This document shows, piece by piece, positions 28,785-42,190 of a DNA stretch of 64,000 nucleotides. Below the pieces are notes generated by a model. The model was not told the origin of the DNA, did not search any database, and worked only from the letters and a program-made list of their open reading frames with translations. Positions within the stretch are counted from its first letter, which is position 1. Every line of letters starts with the position of its first letter. The position numbers were made by a program, and so were the translations under genes. The DNA is from Octopus sinensis (taxonomy: Eukaryota), in the NCBI RefSeq assembly GCF_006345805.1, contig NC_043012.1:18538001-18602000 (forward strand), in the 5' to 3' direction.

Positions 28785-31700
28785 ATATATGTGAATATGT
28801 GTTTATATATATGTATATAGTTATGAATGTCTGTATGTATACATGCACATATATGTATTTGCGCGTGCGGCATTATGTTTGTCTTTATTTCGCAACCGCT
28901 TGATAATCGGTGTGGTTTAATTTACGTCCCTGTTACTTAGGTCTTCGGAAAAAAACCCTAAAACAATGGACCGATCGAGTAATTGTTTTAATGATTCAAA
29001 CGATATATACTGAGGTCGATTTATTCCTCTAAGCTCCTCAAGGTCGTTCTCAAATATGCCCACGTTGAGATCAGCGAAGTGTTTAGAGGACAAAACATGT
29101 AAATACGTATACGTACATACAGACACACACATATATATAAGTAGATAGATAAATGATAGCAAATAGATTGAACTACATATATATATCATATATAAAATAT
29201 TTTTCTTTTTAATCAGCATTCTGCTTTTCTGTTATTATTTTATATGTGTATCATCTTGTCAGACTCCTATTTTATCTTGTTACTGCGTATTTCTAGTTTC
29301 ACGTTTCAGTTACCAATATTTCCTAAATTCTCTCTGTCTATCCATAAACCTATTCAATGGTTATTGCCCCAGACAATACACTAAACAAGAAAATAAAATT
29401 ACAAAGCTGGAACTAACTAGCATTTTGTTTATAAGGTGAAGTCATTTAGACATTCATTGCAAAAGACGTTTGTTCTTTTGGCGCAGATATAATCAATATT
29501 TTCTATAACAGTTTCAGTAAAGAGACTCATAAATTATATAGCATAAAGAAAGAATAAATATCATGAATTGCTTTTAGTGTAGTAAGATGTTATGTTATGA
29601 ATATGATGGATACTTGTGAGGTTTAATCAGGTGACATGTGATAAAGTGAATAAATAATGTATTCGATGTCAAAAAGGAACAGATAAACAATTTTGTTTGT
29701 AAAATATATAGGGTAACAACAACAACAACAACAATCAGAATAAATAAAAAGACAATAAATATTTTTTTTAAAAAACATGAATAGCATTACAAGTAAAAGA
29801 AAAATAAAACTGAGTGAAATATATGATATTCTAGCTGCGTAGTGTTTCAAAAGAGAAATATGTAATTATAGATTAAATTGTGTTATAGAAAATAATATTA
29901 AAACAGAAGAATTAAACGGAAATACAAGGGCAAAGTGTCTGAGAAATTAAAGCTATATGGTGTAGAAGAATTGAGAATGTGTGTATTGTGAAGGAAGTAG
30001 GTGTATAGTGAATAAGTGTGTAGAGAGAAACGAATACGAGGACACATGCTTTATTAGTCTATGCCTCATTTTGTTTAGATTGATTGCAAACAAACTCCTT
30101 CAAATGCTGATACCATCTAAGACGAATGAATGCAGCTTGAAGAGTACTGTTAGGTGTTTGATATAATCTGGAATGTGAACTTACTCCGATCCATGCTAAC
30201 TTATGTGGCAACAGTAACAGTGTAATGTCGACCAAATTGTCTCCTGCTTTCAGTTTGTCCTTTAGCCAGTGCATACTCAGATCTTGTTTCACGCAACGCC
30301 ATGGAAGACCACTACTCAGCCACTTACCATAAAACTAGTAGAAGATTGATTCGATAACACCAAAAGTTTGATTTACTGAAGTAAACCATCTCCGATCAAT
30401 AGCTAACATCGATTGTGAAATCTCGAAATCAATGGAGATTGCAGGAAGTAGACTTACTGGCCTTATCGAACTTGCGTTTTTCAGATCAGAAACCACCGAA
30501 CAAATGGGGAGTTTTTCATATCTGTACCGCTATATAAATCAGAAGAAAGGTAAATTTCCCACTAATTATGATCGCGTAGGAGCACATTTAGGGGTATAGA
30601 TCTCCTATCGCGCACGGCTTTCATGTACCACATACCCGAAGATATGGTAACTTATATAAAGCACCTGTTAGACCGATCATCCGATAATAACTTCTCAATA
30701 TCATCACCAATAACAATAACAGCCGTGCTGATTCTTTCATCCACATTCAACTAATACGCCAAAAATCTTAACATCGTAACACTTAAGAAATGTATGCGGC
30801 AATATGGCAGACACTTCAATCACTCAACTCTCTCACCATTCCCCTCTCTCTTATTCATCCTCTCTTTTCTGTCCCTCCTAATCTTTATATTCCTAATGTA
30901 ATCATATCATTGCGTTTTTGCATCACAGTCGGTTCTCTCTTTCTGGAATTCATTCTTCGCCCACATTTTGCTATGGCGTCAACTTGTGAAAACGTGTGAA
31001 AGTGAATGAATACCTATTATCAAACGCTTTAATCAAATTTTTACATATTTTACTGGTGTTGTTGCTCTTCCATCTAATTTAATAATAAGTATATATACGT
31101 TATTATATTTATTCATGTATCGAAGCAGTGTGCGATTGGCCAGTATGATTCACAACGAAATATCTTTATTGTAGAATGAAGTAGAATCTCATATCTCTCT
31201 GTCTAGAATATTGATTTAAATCCACATATGTCTGGTCAAATATAATTTACTTTCCTATTGACACACCGTTTTCCAGGTCAATATATATCAAAACGCTTCA
31301 TAGATATTAAAAATTCGCTATACAAATTATTTAAATACTTTGTTGATACTTTAATATATTTTCAATTTTCATTAAGTATTAATGAAATTTAAAGTTTTGA
31401 ACGTAATTGAGAAAGTGCAGTTCAAACGGAAAAGCAAATAGGAAGCAATCAAAGCAAATTTATTCTCAAATAACTGATCGGAATATTCATAAATATTGTT
31501 ATATCTGCACTGTTTAATGATGGCATACCTACCCAATCATTCATGCTATAAAAAAGTCATATTATACAAACGGATTCTGTATAATTTAAATTATTGTAAA
31601 TTAAATCACAAATATAATGTCGGTTCAAACTTTATTTCTCTTGAGAAAACCGAAGTAGGAACTATATTTTAATTGATATTGTATAACTATCACGTAGCTA

Positions 31701-32830
31701 GAAAACGCAGAAGAATTATTTGTTATTGGAATTTATATTGCATATTTTGTGAGCATGCCGAGGGAATTAGTACAATATATCACAAGCGGGGACGCAATTT
31801 AGCTGCTGTTGAACCTTATATTCTCAATATCGTGACAGGGCAAAATAGTTTGAATCATTAAGTTATCTCTCATGCCTTTCTGAAAACCGAAAGCGAAATG
31901 TAGATTGTATCTCAGTGAAGCTAATCACCGATTTTAGATTATTCTATTATGATGGCTATGTTAATCAGTTTTAATATTATGGGACATTATTCTATATGTG
32001 GATTATATTTGAGGGAAAATGAATTATTATGGAAAGCCATGCGCAGCTTTTCTTTTTGCTTCCTTTGCTGTCAATTTACATGTGATGTGAATCGATACAA
32101 AACGGAGAAAACGTTTCAAATAACGCATAAATGTTTCTGACATTGCTGAAACAAGAGAACAAACTCTATTTCGAAGCTCTACAAGAGCGTAAGTCCTATG
32201 TAATATTATATGCCTAAACGAATAGACAGAGATGATTGACTACAACAGGTTAGAAACGACAGCAGGTTATGGAGAGAACTTAAAGTCACTCAGAATAATA
32301 AATCAACATTTAAGAGAATAACATTTCTTATGCCAGATTAGTAAATCAGAAAACTGATATCTTTCAAATGTGACAGTTACTCGTGCTATAATAGAATAAA
32401 GGGGTTGATTTGATATCAACGACCAGATTATAATGACCGGTTGAACATGAAATAAGTGGGAGTACGTTTCCCTTCCAATTAAATGTGTTGGCCAGTGTAA
32501 GATAATACTGGAGAGGAGAAAAGATTAATTTGAGTATGAGCATATACTAGATGGTGAAAGATGAAACTTTTTGTCACCTACTATAACAACATCGACAATA
32601 GGAAAACAGCAATAAAATGCAGACAGTCCTAATATTTATTGAAACTGCAAGGCGATACACATCACCGAAATTATAGTCGACGAAGGTCGAAATATATAAT
32701 TTGTAAATCATAATACAACAGCTACAATTTTGCATTATTAGTATAAAATCAATATATATAAATTTATATATATATATATATAATTATATATACATATATA
32801 TATATATATGTATATATGTATATATGTATG

Positions 32831-32861
<31 letters not shown>

Positions 32862-32896
32862 GTATATATATATGCATGTATATATCTATGTATATA

Positions 32897-32949
<53 letters not shown>

Positions 32950-33010
32950 ATGTTTGTGCGTGTGTGCATGTGCCCGTGCATGTGTGTATGTGTATGTACA
33001 TATGTATATA

Positions 33011-33074
<64 letters not shown>

Positions 33075-33459
33075 AAAATGTGTATACTTCGAACTAGCTA
33101 TCTCTGTGTGTCTGTTTTCCTGTGTTTCTTTCTCTCCAGCGGCCTAAATTGTACAAATACTAACATACATTCTTTCTTATCCAATGAAAAATTAAACAAG
33201 GTCATCGAGTATTACGCGACTGTAATCCCAGTAAGAATATTAGTCGCACATGTCTTACGCGGGGAGAAGTATAATAAATAAAAATAAATGAGATTGAAAA
33301 TGTCTGATTGCCCGAAAACCTTGTTGAATCCGCCCCTACCCCTGAGACACATGTGATCACAATGTAGTCGTCTCCATGAAATTTTCTCGAGATTAAACGT
33401 TCTTTGAATTCGATATTTAGCGGTGGATTGTTTGTAAATGCATGATGAAGTGAACAAAT

Positions 33460-34020
33460 ACGTGTCAAATATAATAATATCTGCTATAGAATCTATGAAA
33501 CCATTGCCCATATCATGAACGAATGCCCTAGACTTGCCCAAAACCAGTTGAGAGAAGATGACCTGGTAGCGAAAGTGCTACATTGGAAACTGTGCGAAAA
33601 GTGGGTGTCAGAGATGCAAGATGTGGTATGAGAACAAACTGCAGAGAGTTCCAGAGTCAGAGGCTATCAAAATCCACTGGGAATTCCCAATCTAAACAGC
33701 AGAACAAATCAGACCTAGTGATGGGGGACAAGGTGCACCACATATGCTATACAGATGACGTTGCACGCCCCTTTGACCAACGAATAGGCAAGAAGGAAGG
33801 CGAAAAGAAACATAGATACCCTCTTAATTACCAAATAACCCGGTTATGAAAAATGAAAGTGACATAGTGCCAATTATTTCTGGGTCCTTAAGAACAGTAT
33901 GAGAAGGCACCAAGAAGAATATACAGGAAATCGAAATAGAATGACCAGTAGAAATGTTATAAAATGTTCGCCTCATTGGCACGGCCAGAATAATCAGGAA
34001 GATATTACATACCTGAAAAG
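33460..34020 (+). pseudogene. 3' fragment of R4/Dong-like LINE (zinc knuckle plus RLE)
   Basis: IAHIMNECPRLAQNQ, LVAKVLHWKLCEKW, NKSDLVMGDK...CYTDDVARP, VPIISGSL. Confidence 0.75.
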
Positions 34021-34117
34021 AACGAATAACATGGCTGAACGAAAAACATAACCGTAGGCTGCAAGTAATATGTAAGATACTAGGAGCGCCAATAAAACCA
34101 ATGTTAAAGAGGTAAAA

Positions 34118-34283
34118 ATAATAATCCTCTCTCATATAGAGACAAGACCTGGAACTTAATTTATCGACAACGAAAGGATGAAAGGCAAAGTAGACGTCGG
34201 TAGAATTTCAACTCGGAGCGGAGTGACAGACGAAATTCCGCCAAGCATATCATATCCCCTGGTGTGCTAATGATTCTGCCAAC
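34118..34283 (-). mobile_element. SINE family 1 (diverged)
   Basis: cgaaaggatgaaaggcaaagtagacgtcgg...gtgctaatgattctgcca. Confidence 0.7.
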
Positions 34284-34293
34284 AAAAGCAACA

Positions 34294-34328
<35 letters not shown>

Positions 34329-34344
34329 AATAATAATCGATAAA

Positions 34345-34994
34345 ACTTCTGTCAGCCAGAAATGCAGACTCTGGAAAGAGTGTGGAAAATGTGACCCACT
34401 TGGTAAGTGGATGTGAGAGCCTTGCACAAAAAGAATACAAGCGCTGCCATGGTTAAGTGTGTGTGTACCTTCATTGACTCTTTTGCTGTAAATACCATTA
34501 TGAAGTAACAAAGAACTGGTATGAGCGCGTACCAAGTAAAGTTATGCAGGAGGATGGAAAAGTAACGACACTCTTCGGACTGTGATTTTCAGACGGATCG
34601 TGTAATCGAACACCGTAGACCGGATATTATCATATTGAATAAGAGAGACAAATGATGCTGTCAGATCATTGATGGCGTGTATGTTGTAAAGAGGTTGAAA
34701 ACATCACCATGTACTCCGAATTGAACATGGAAATGGTAAGACTGTATCGAATGCGGGAGGGTAATGTAAAAGTGATGCCAGTGGTGATCGGAGCGTTGAG
34801 CTTAACCCCATTGAAACTTCGAAACTTCTTAAGGCAACTGGAAATCCCACGCAAGATTGTTGTCTTGCAAAAAGCAGCCTTATTGGTTCACAGTGCACAT
34901 CTTAAAGAAAGTATCATCTGTCAGAGGTCTTCGTTGTGATGACATTTTTACCTACAATGTGTTACTAAGGAATAACGTTAACAATAGCAACCAC

Positions 34995-34995
<1 letters not shown>
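34345..34995 (+). pseudogene. 3' fragment of a second R4/Dong-like LINE ending in (AAT)n
   Basis: SQKCRL...ENVTHLVSGCESLAQKEYKRCH, TDRVIEHRRPDIIIL, VMPVVIGAL...LQKAALL. Confidence 0.8.
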
Positions 34996-35054
<59 letters not shown>

Positions 35055-35083
35055 TAATAATAATAATATAATAATAATAATAA

Positions 35084-35114
<31 letters not shown>

Positions 35115-35129
35115 AAGAGAAGAAGAAGA

Positions 35130-38100
35130 ATGGATGCTCGTCATGCTTCAAGGTCAACAAATCAAACAATAAACCGCATTGGTCATTGCGCGGATTACAA
35201 AAGACCACGTACCCGAAAATTGAACCAAATCCTGATTGAAAAATCAGTTACTGGATCAAATCTTCCCAACACACAGGAGCTGGACGAACCCCACAACCGG
35301 AATATTCCAACAGATGGCCATCCATGCTCATCACCAAATAATCAAAAGAAAAAGAAGGAAAAATGGTCTAGGGAAGATAATAAAGGAGTTCTCGAGGCCT
35401 TCTACCATGCCATATATTTCCCCACAGATAAGTCTAGCACTGTACAAGCATACTTAAACTGGAGACAGAACACCCTGAGTAAGACCCTACATAGACAGTA
35501 ACAGCTTGCCAATGTTAGAAGAAACATTATAAAAAAGAAATTACTGACTGAAGTAGAGATTGATCAGTTAGACAAGCAATATCGGATAAAATGAACGAAG
35601 CTGCAGCTAGAGAAGATAATACAGAGGAAATGATTATGACCAGCCAGGGCGGATAAAAACGAAGAGAGGATTCAAAGAGTTAGTATAAGTGATAGGCAAA
35701 GTGAAATACGCCCTGAACCAATCATAAACACTAAGACAGATGAGCATCAAATAGATAAAGAAAGTCACACAATATTGACCCAACAGAACTACATGAGCTA
35801 AAAAATCAAATCATGATTGAATGGCTGAAAATTAAAGAAACCAGCATGGATGAGCGTGATACACTTCCTAAAATCCGCAACTCTAACCAAAACATGAAAA
35901 TAATTGGTAAAATCCGGCTTGCACTTAAGGATATAATTTCAGTTAATGATGTTGATATCACAAACCTCAACCACCTATACTATGCATCCGCGAAAATCTC
36001 AACGATCCTATGTGGTGTAAAGATTAGAAAACGGCAATAGTCCCACAAAGCCTTCTTGGCAAGAGCGTCTGCAACAACAAATTAAAGTATTTAGATCTGA
36101 CATTGAATATTGAAAAACCTTAAGGCTCACAAGACTACCAAACCTACAAAAACCCAAAAATACTGAAAAAATACAATATGAAAACTATACTTGATATTGA
36201 TGCCACCATAGAAACCATCAAACAAAAGGTATCTGCCAAAGCTACCCGCATAGCGAGGTATGAAAAGCGTGTTAGATTTTTCAAGGACAACAACATGTTC
36301 AAAAATAACACCAAGAATTTTTACAGGAAGATAGAAAAACAGCGTTTACTGCAGGGTCTGTACCATCAAAAGAAGAAGTGCAGAGATTTTGGAATAAAAT
36401 CTGGGCAGAAGAAAAAACACACAACGAAAAGGCCCCCTGGATTGACAGAATATCTACAGAACTGGACCCCTTAGAAGAGCAAAAGTGGGAGGGTGTCAAG
36501 GTAGAAGATATAAGATCTGCTCTCAGGAGGTCAAGCAAATGGAAGTCTCCAGGAAAGGATAAAATTCCTAACTTCTGGCTGAATGCCTTCCCAGAGAGCC
36601 ATGAACTGCTAACAGAACTGTACAATGATGTTCTGCAACACCCTAGTAGGATGCCTCCTTGGCTAGTTAATGGGTTAACATTCCTGCTTCCAAAAATGAA
36701 GAAACAAATGAACCAAAAACTATAGACCCATAACCTGCTTAACAACTATGTACAAAACTCTAACATCTGTCCTGACGGAATATACCTATAGTTTTTTAAC
36801 AGACAGCAGCATATTCCCTAATGAACAGAAAGGATGTAAACGTGGATCCTACGGCTGTAAAGACCCACTACTCATCAATAAGATGATCTTAGAAGATTGT
36901 CACAAACGACACAAAAACTTATCAATAGCCTGGATAGACTATAAAAAGGCTTTTGATAGCCTACCACATAGCTGGATTAGGAAATGCCTTGAAATGTATA
37001 AGATAGCACCAACTCTGCGAAACTTCTTGACTGTAAGTATGAGATCATGGAGAACCACCTAACTCTGAACAGTGACAGTGAATCCCTAAATGCTGGTGAT
37101 GTAAAAATTTCGTGTGGCATTTTCCAGGGTGACTCACTGTCACCACTCCTCTTTTGTTTATCCTTAATACCTCTCTCAAAGCTGCTCAATGACGCGCAGT
37201 ACGGGTATAAAATGTTTGATAAAAATATAAATCATCTCGTTTACATGGATGATTTAAAGCTTTTTGCAAAAAATGATCAACAACTCAAGGGCTTACTAGC
37301 GATAGTCAACACAATTCAGTGACGACATCAGAATGCAATTCGGCTCGATAAATGTGCAAAGGCTACCTTTATCAAAGGAAAAATGACAGAAACATCTAAC
37401 GTTAACCTTGACCAACAGAATGTCATAAAAGAACTAGACCCAGCGGAGAGCTACAAGTACCTAGGGAATTGAAGGGAACGGAATAAGGCATTCAGAGATG
37501 AAGGAAAGGATCAGGAGAGAATGCTATCGAAGAGTGAGAGCAATACTCAAGACAGAGCTGAATGCAAGAAACAGGATCGAAGCAATCAATGCATTAGCTA
37601 TACCAGTCGTGACTTACAGTTTCAATATTGTTAACTGGTCAATTACTGAAATATGTCAGCTCGACAGAAAAATAAGGAAACTGTTGACAATGCATAGAAT
37701 GCACCACCCTAAGGTAGATACAGAACGACTCTATCTGCCAAGAAAAGAGGGAGGCCCGTGGTCTTTTGCAACTGGCAATAACAATGAAGATTGCTACAAT
37801 TGGCCTAGACACCTACCTGAAAAACTCTGAGGACTGGATGTTAAAACTTGTCTCAAAACATGAAAACAAGAAAGCATCATACTCAGTCACAAAACAGGCA
37901 AAGGAATATCTAAGTGAATTCCGAATACAACCAATTTCGGAATTAGAGATAGACATACAAGAAACAAGCACAGAAAAAGCTAGGCGCATGAAAACCCGTG
38001 CCAAAACTGCGGCCTTAGATATTCTGAATAATAAATGGCAAGAAAAACCTCTCTACTCTCTAACGCAAATACCCAAAGAGAGCGAATAATGCAGATATCG

Positions 38101-39043
38101 ACAAAGCCCTGACCCATCAATGGCTAATGGCCTCTGGCTTAAAATCTGAAACAGAGGGTTTATCATAGCAGCTCAAGATCAATGCCTACCAACAAGAAAC
38201 TACCAGGCCAACATATTAAAGATCAGAAGCAGTCCAACGTGTCGTGTATGCAAGCAACAAAATGAAACCATTGACCATGTGGTCTCCAAGTGCAGTCTTC
38301 TAGCGCCTAAAGAGTATCTCAACAGGCACGATAGAGCTGCACAGTATATTCACTGGGTAATCTGTAAAAACCTGGATTTGCCCCATGAAAAAAACTGGTG
38401 GGAACACAAACCACCCCCAGTGCTTGAAAATGACCACATCTCACTCCTCTGGAACTTCACCATTCAAACTGACTGACAGGAAGATAGATGCAAATAGGCC
38501 AGACATCATATTGAAAGACTTCAAACAAAGAACATGCCTCCTCATTGATATGACTGTCCCAATCGATATAAACGTATCTGTCAGGACCTACCAAAACCTG
38601 AGCAAATATAAAGATCTTGAAATAGAAATCAGCAAAATGTGGAAGCTGAAGACTAAAACAATACCTGTTGTCATAGGTGCCCTGGGAATGATAGCAAAAG
38701 GGGCTGATAGCTACCTAACTCAGATACCAGGAAACCCAAAAATGGCAGAAGTTCAAAAGATAGTGCTCATGGGAACTGCTCATATCCTACGCAAAATACT
38801 CTCTATGAAACCTCAAGGTTTAAAACAACCATAATTTTCGGTTTAAAAAAAAAAAAAAAAAAATTGTTTTTTTTAGACATTCATTAGTACAACATCCCCA
38901 CCCCCCAAATATATGGCACACTAGGCATAACAACAACATGAACTTCCAACCCTGTTGTCTCTTGAGGTCTCTGGGTGAGACTTGGAGCCAACTTGTACAA
39001 ATATAAAGCAAAAGTCAAACATAGAATAATAATAATAATAATA
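35130..39043 (+). mobile_element. near-full-length R4/Dong-clade non-LTR retrotransposon (single ORF: RT, CCHC, RLE), frameshifted
   Basis: Consecutive ORFs 35130-38834 contain WKSPGKDKIPNFWL, EQKGC, AWIDYKKAFDSLPH, GIFQGDSLSPLLF, YMDDLKLF, CRVCKQQNETIDHVVSKC and RPDII...LIDMTVP...KYKDL; (AAT)n/(GAA)n upstream and (AAT)n tail at 39025-39043. Confidence 0.93.
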
Positions 39044-39463
39044 GAGCATGTCCCTTAGTGGCTGACGATATGTGCATCTCTGATCACGAGCAGAAGTAGT
39101 GTGGGGGGGGGGCATCATAGCCATGTGTTGAGAAGGATTCTTTGGGGTTTGAATAATTCACCTCTGGAAACATGGGTGGTTCTTTCAACATCCTTAAACA
39201 ACCCTTATTCAGGGACCTTTTGAGCGGGATGGGCTACTCAACCTGAAGAAAATTCTAACTGGGCCCCACCTGCAACGTCATGTGCTGTTTATCTTGATAT
39301 GAGATCACCATGTCGCGCACATATGGTTGTGATGCATGTGCCTGGTGTACACTTATCAGACGGGTAGTCATGATGGGTATATTGGGCTTCGTATATTTTA
39401 CCCCAGTGTCACTTTGATGGCATGTACTGCTCTCTCACTCAATAATAATAATAATAATAATAA
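39044..39463 (+). mobile_element. non-coding ~400-bp unit with (AAT)n tail; probable LINE 3' UTR or non-autonomous partner
   Basis: GC-richer block bounded by (AAT)n on both sides, no convincing ORF. Confidence 0.5.
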
Positions 39464-39464
39464 G

Positions 39465-39645
39465 CTTGGTGGAAGGGGTCTGGTCGATTACATTGACCCC
39501 GGTACTTCTCTGCTACTTATATTATCGAACCTGAAATGGTGGAATGTAAAGTAGTCTTCAGCTGAATCTGAACTCAGAACGTCTTTAAGACTGACAAAAT
39601 GCCACTAAGCATTTTGGCTGTCGTGTTAACAAGTCTGCCACTTTA
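39465..39645 (-). mobile_element. SINE family 1 (diverged)
   Basis: gtcgattacattgacccc...tgaactcagaacg...ctaagcatttt. Confidence 0.7.
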
Positions 39646-39780
39646 GAATACAAAACAAATCTGACATGTCATTGAAATATTGACAGCATGAATATTGAAT
39701 AAAAATCGTTAACTATTCATCTCCAGATACATCTACATACACACATGCATATATATATATATAATATATATATATAATAT

Positions 39781-39822
<42 letters not shown>

Positions 39823-39984
39823 TAACCATTCCAGCCATGAATGTTTGTATCCTTGTTAGAAAACCGTTGCTTCCACAAAGGTAGAATTTAAATTAATAAA
39901 ATGCAAAAGTGAAAACACACACACATACACACACGCACACATGCACTTGTGCATAAAAAATGTGTATATATATATATATATGCT

Positions 39985-40020
<36 letters not shown>

Positions 40021-40505
40021 AGAGAGACTGAGAGAAATAGAAAGAGAATGAGAAAGAGAGAGAGACTTTCTCTTCCGAGTGCTAATTCTAGGGATTTTAT
40101 TTTCTCTGTTTATGTCTGCAAGGATCTGATTAAATATGTACAATAATATGCAAGGTTGATTCAGTAGACAAGATTCTTACAACGTTATTACTTGACTTCT
40201 AACCGCACGAAAGAAATCAATAGTTTCATGAATAATTTTGGATTTTCCAATAATAAACTATCCTAACAGCTCAGAATCTAATGATGTAGCATATAATTTA
40301 TCGTAACTATGGCAAATTTAATATTTAATTATAAGCTTTTGAATCATTCCTTATATCTATATATGGATGCTCGTAAATCTTTCCGCATATTTTACGCTCC
40401 AAATACTACAAGCATTGCCTACGTAGAAACGCTAAAAGTCCCACACAGATGATATGCATATATAACATATGCACATATATATGTATAAATATGTGCATGC
40501 ATGCT

Positions 40506-40571
<66 letters not shown>

Positions 40572-40949
40572 AACCAGCTAGACAGAAAGATCGATAGGCA
40601 GATACTTAGATAAGGAAATAGATAGATTTAATGTATTTGTTCCAAAGGTTGGACTGTCGGCACGCTTCGCTGCAATTGTCAATTGTTCAATCAGTCATAT
40701 CGATCACCCACCGATTTCTGTCTGGTGATATTTAATTGAAGTCACTTTTTTCTAAACTTTAAATTTGTGGACGTTAACGTAAAGGCGATAAGAAGGAAAG
40801 ATAGAGAGCAAAGTTGCAGATGTAGCATATTTGCAGTTTGTATATATGCATGTGTTTTCTGAATTCAATTACTCGAGTTATTCCTGTGAAGAAGGACTTA
40901 GTTTCTAACAAAATTATAAAGCTCCGTTTTTTGAATGTAGAAAACGATA

Positions 40950-41230
40950 ACAACGTCACATTTTAAACCCGAAAAATGTCTAACATGGATTTACAGATTG
41001 TATTTCAATAGTGCGAATCTTGTGTTTAACTTCTTTTTCTACAAACCCAAGTTCATCCAGACTGACATATAAGTATTTGCTTAGAAATCCATGTGCACCA
41101 ATTACTATTGGTATAAATGTTATTATGCAATTCGGATATGGAGACTGGATGTTTCGGAGAAGTTGTCCATAGTAATCTTCTTTCTCTTGGATTTTCAAAG
41201 AGATATTAGCGTCATTAAATTTGTCCAACA
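40950..41230 (-). pseudogene. RLE C-terminal fragment of a non-LTR element related to 3640-5110
   Basis: DANISLKIQEKEDYYGQLLRNIQSPYPNCIITFIPIVIGAHG resembles the 4850-5100 translation. Confidence 0.7.
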
Positions 41231-41339
41231 AGTTATGTTTATGGACATCCAAATATCCTTAAATCTAAATAATTCAAAACAGGTTAATAAACATTTGTAC
41301 ATCATATGTTAAGATTCCCAGGTAATCTGATCTAAAACG

Positions 41340-42190
41340 TATCCAATTTTTTAAGAACGGCCTCTGGCACCCAACGATAGAGCAATTTACTTGTGCTAAT
41401 TTTGAAACCTTGTTTTAAATTGACTCCTCGTTTAATTATAGAAGGCCGGGAGTCCCTAAACCATGTTGGTGAAAAAGTGGCTAAAGATATAATCCTAGTC
41501 GCATTTGACGAAACGAATCTATACACGAATATCTTTTATGGATTGGGATTAGAAGCCGTCGATCACAAGATAGACATTTACTCACAAAGAACTCAGGACA
41601 GATTCTCAAATGTGTTTGACCTTGAAGGACTGGTACTGGAAACCAATTACATCGTCTTTGATACCCTACAGATACAAAGCACGGAAAAAGGGAGAGTAAC
41701 ACCGACGGTTTCCTAACTTGGAATGGAGCACTTGAAAGGTAACTTTTATACTTTGTCTAATATTACCTGTAATCAACATTTCCAATCCTTATGAATAGGG
41801 AGCTGGGAAAGATACTTGTGTGACTGCTTACTATTTTGGAAACTAAACGTGGATATTACAAGATTCGTTTAATTAATAATAAGCAAGCATGTCACAATCC
41901 AGCTCCCTATGGAAATAAATAAAATACAGCTTCATTTTCTGAACATTCTAATAACAAAATAATATGAGACAGGTAGAACCGATCTCTATTCCAATGGCAC
42001 TTATGAAACTAATAATTAGATATTACATCTTGTAACCCTTCCCAAACTAGCCACAAAACTAGCCTACCGTTCAATATAGCAAGACATATATGCTCTATAG
42101 TTACAGACACAAATAGACTTGAGAAACGATTGATAGAATCAAAAATACCTTCTCAAACAGAAACAAGTACCTCCATCGAAAAAATAAGAA
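41340..42190 (+). pseudogene. decayed Penelope-like element reverse transcriptase
   Basis: ILVAFDETNLYTNIFYGLGLEAV...RFSNVF...VLETNYIVFD, WERYLCDCLLFW (YxDD site decayed), LPFNIAR, LLKQK in Penelope RT order. Confidence 0.8.

Noticed and set aside
30250-30810. Possible ancient APE-type LINE remnant (IDCEISKS)
   Set aside because: Too decayed to support a call by eye; a translated search against RT profiles would be needed
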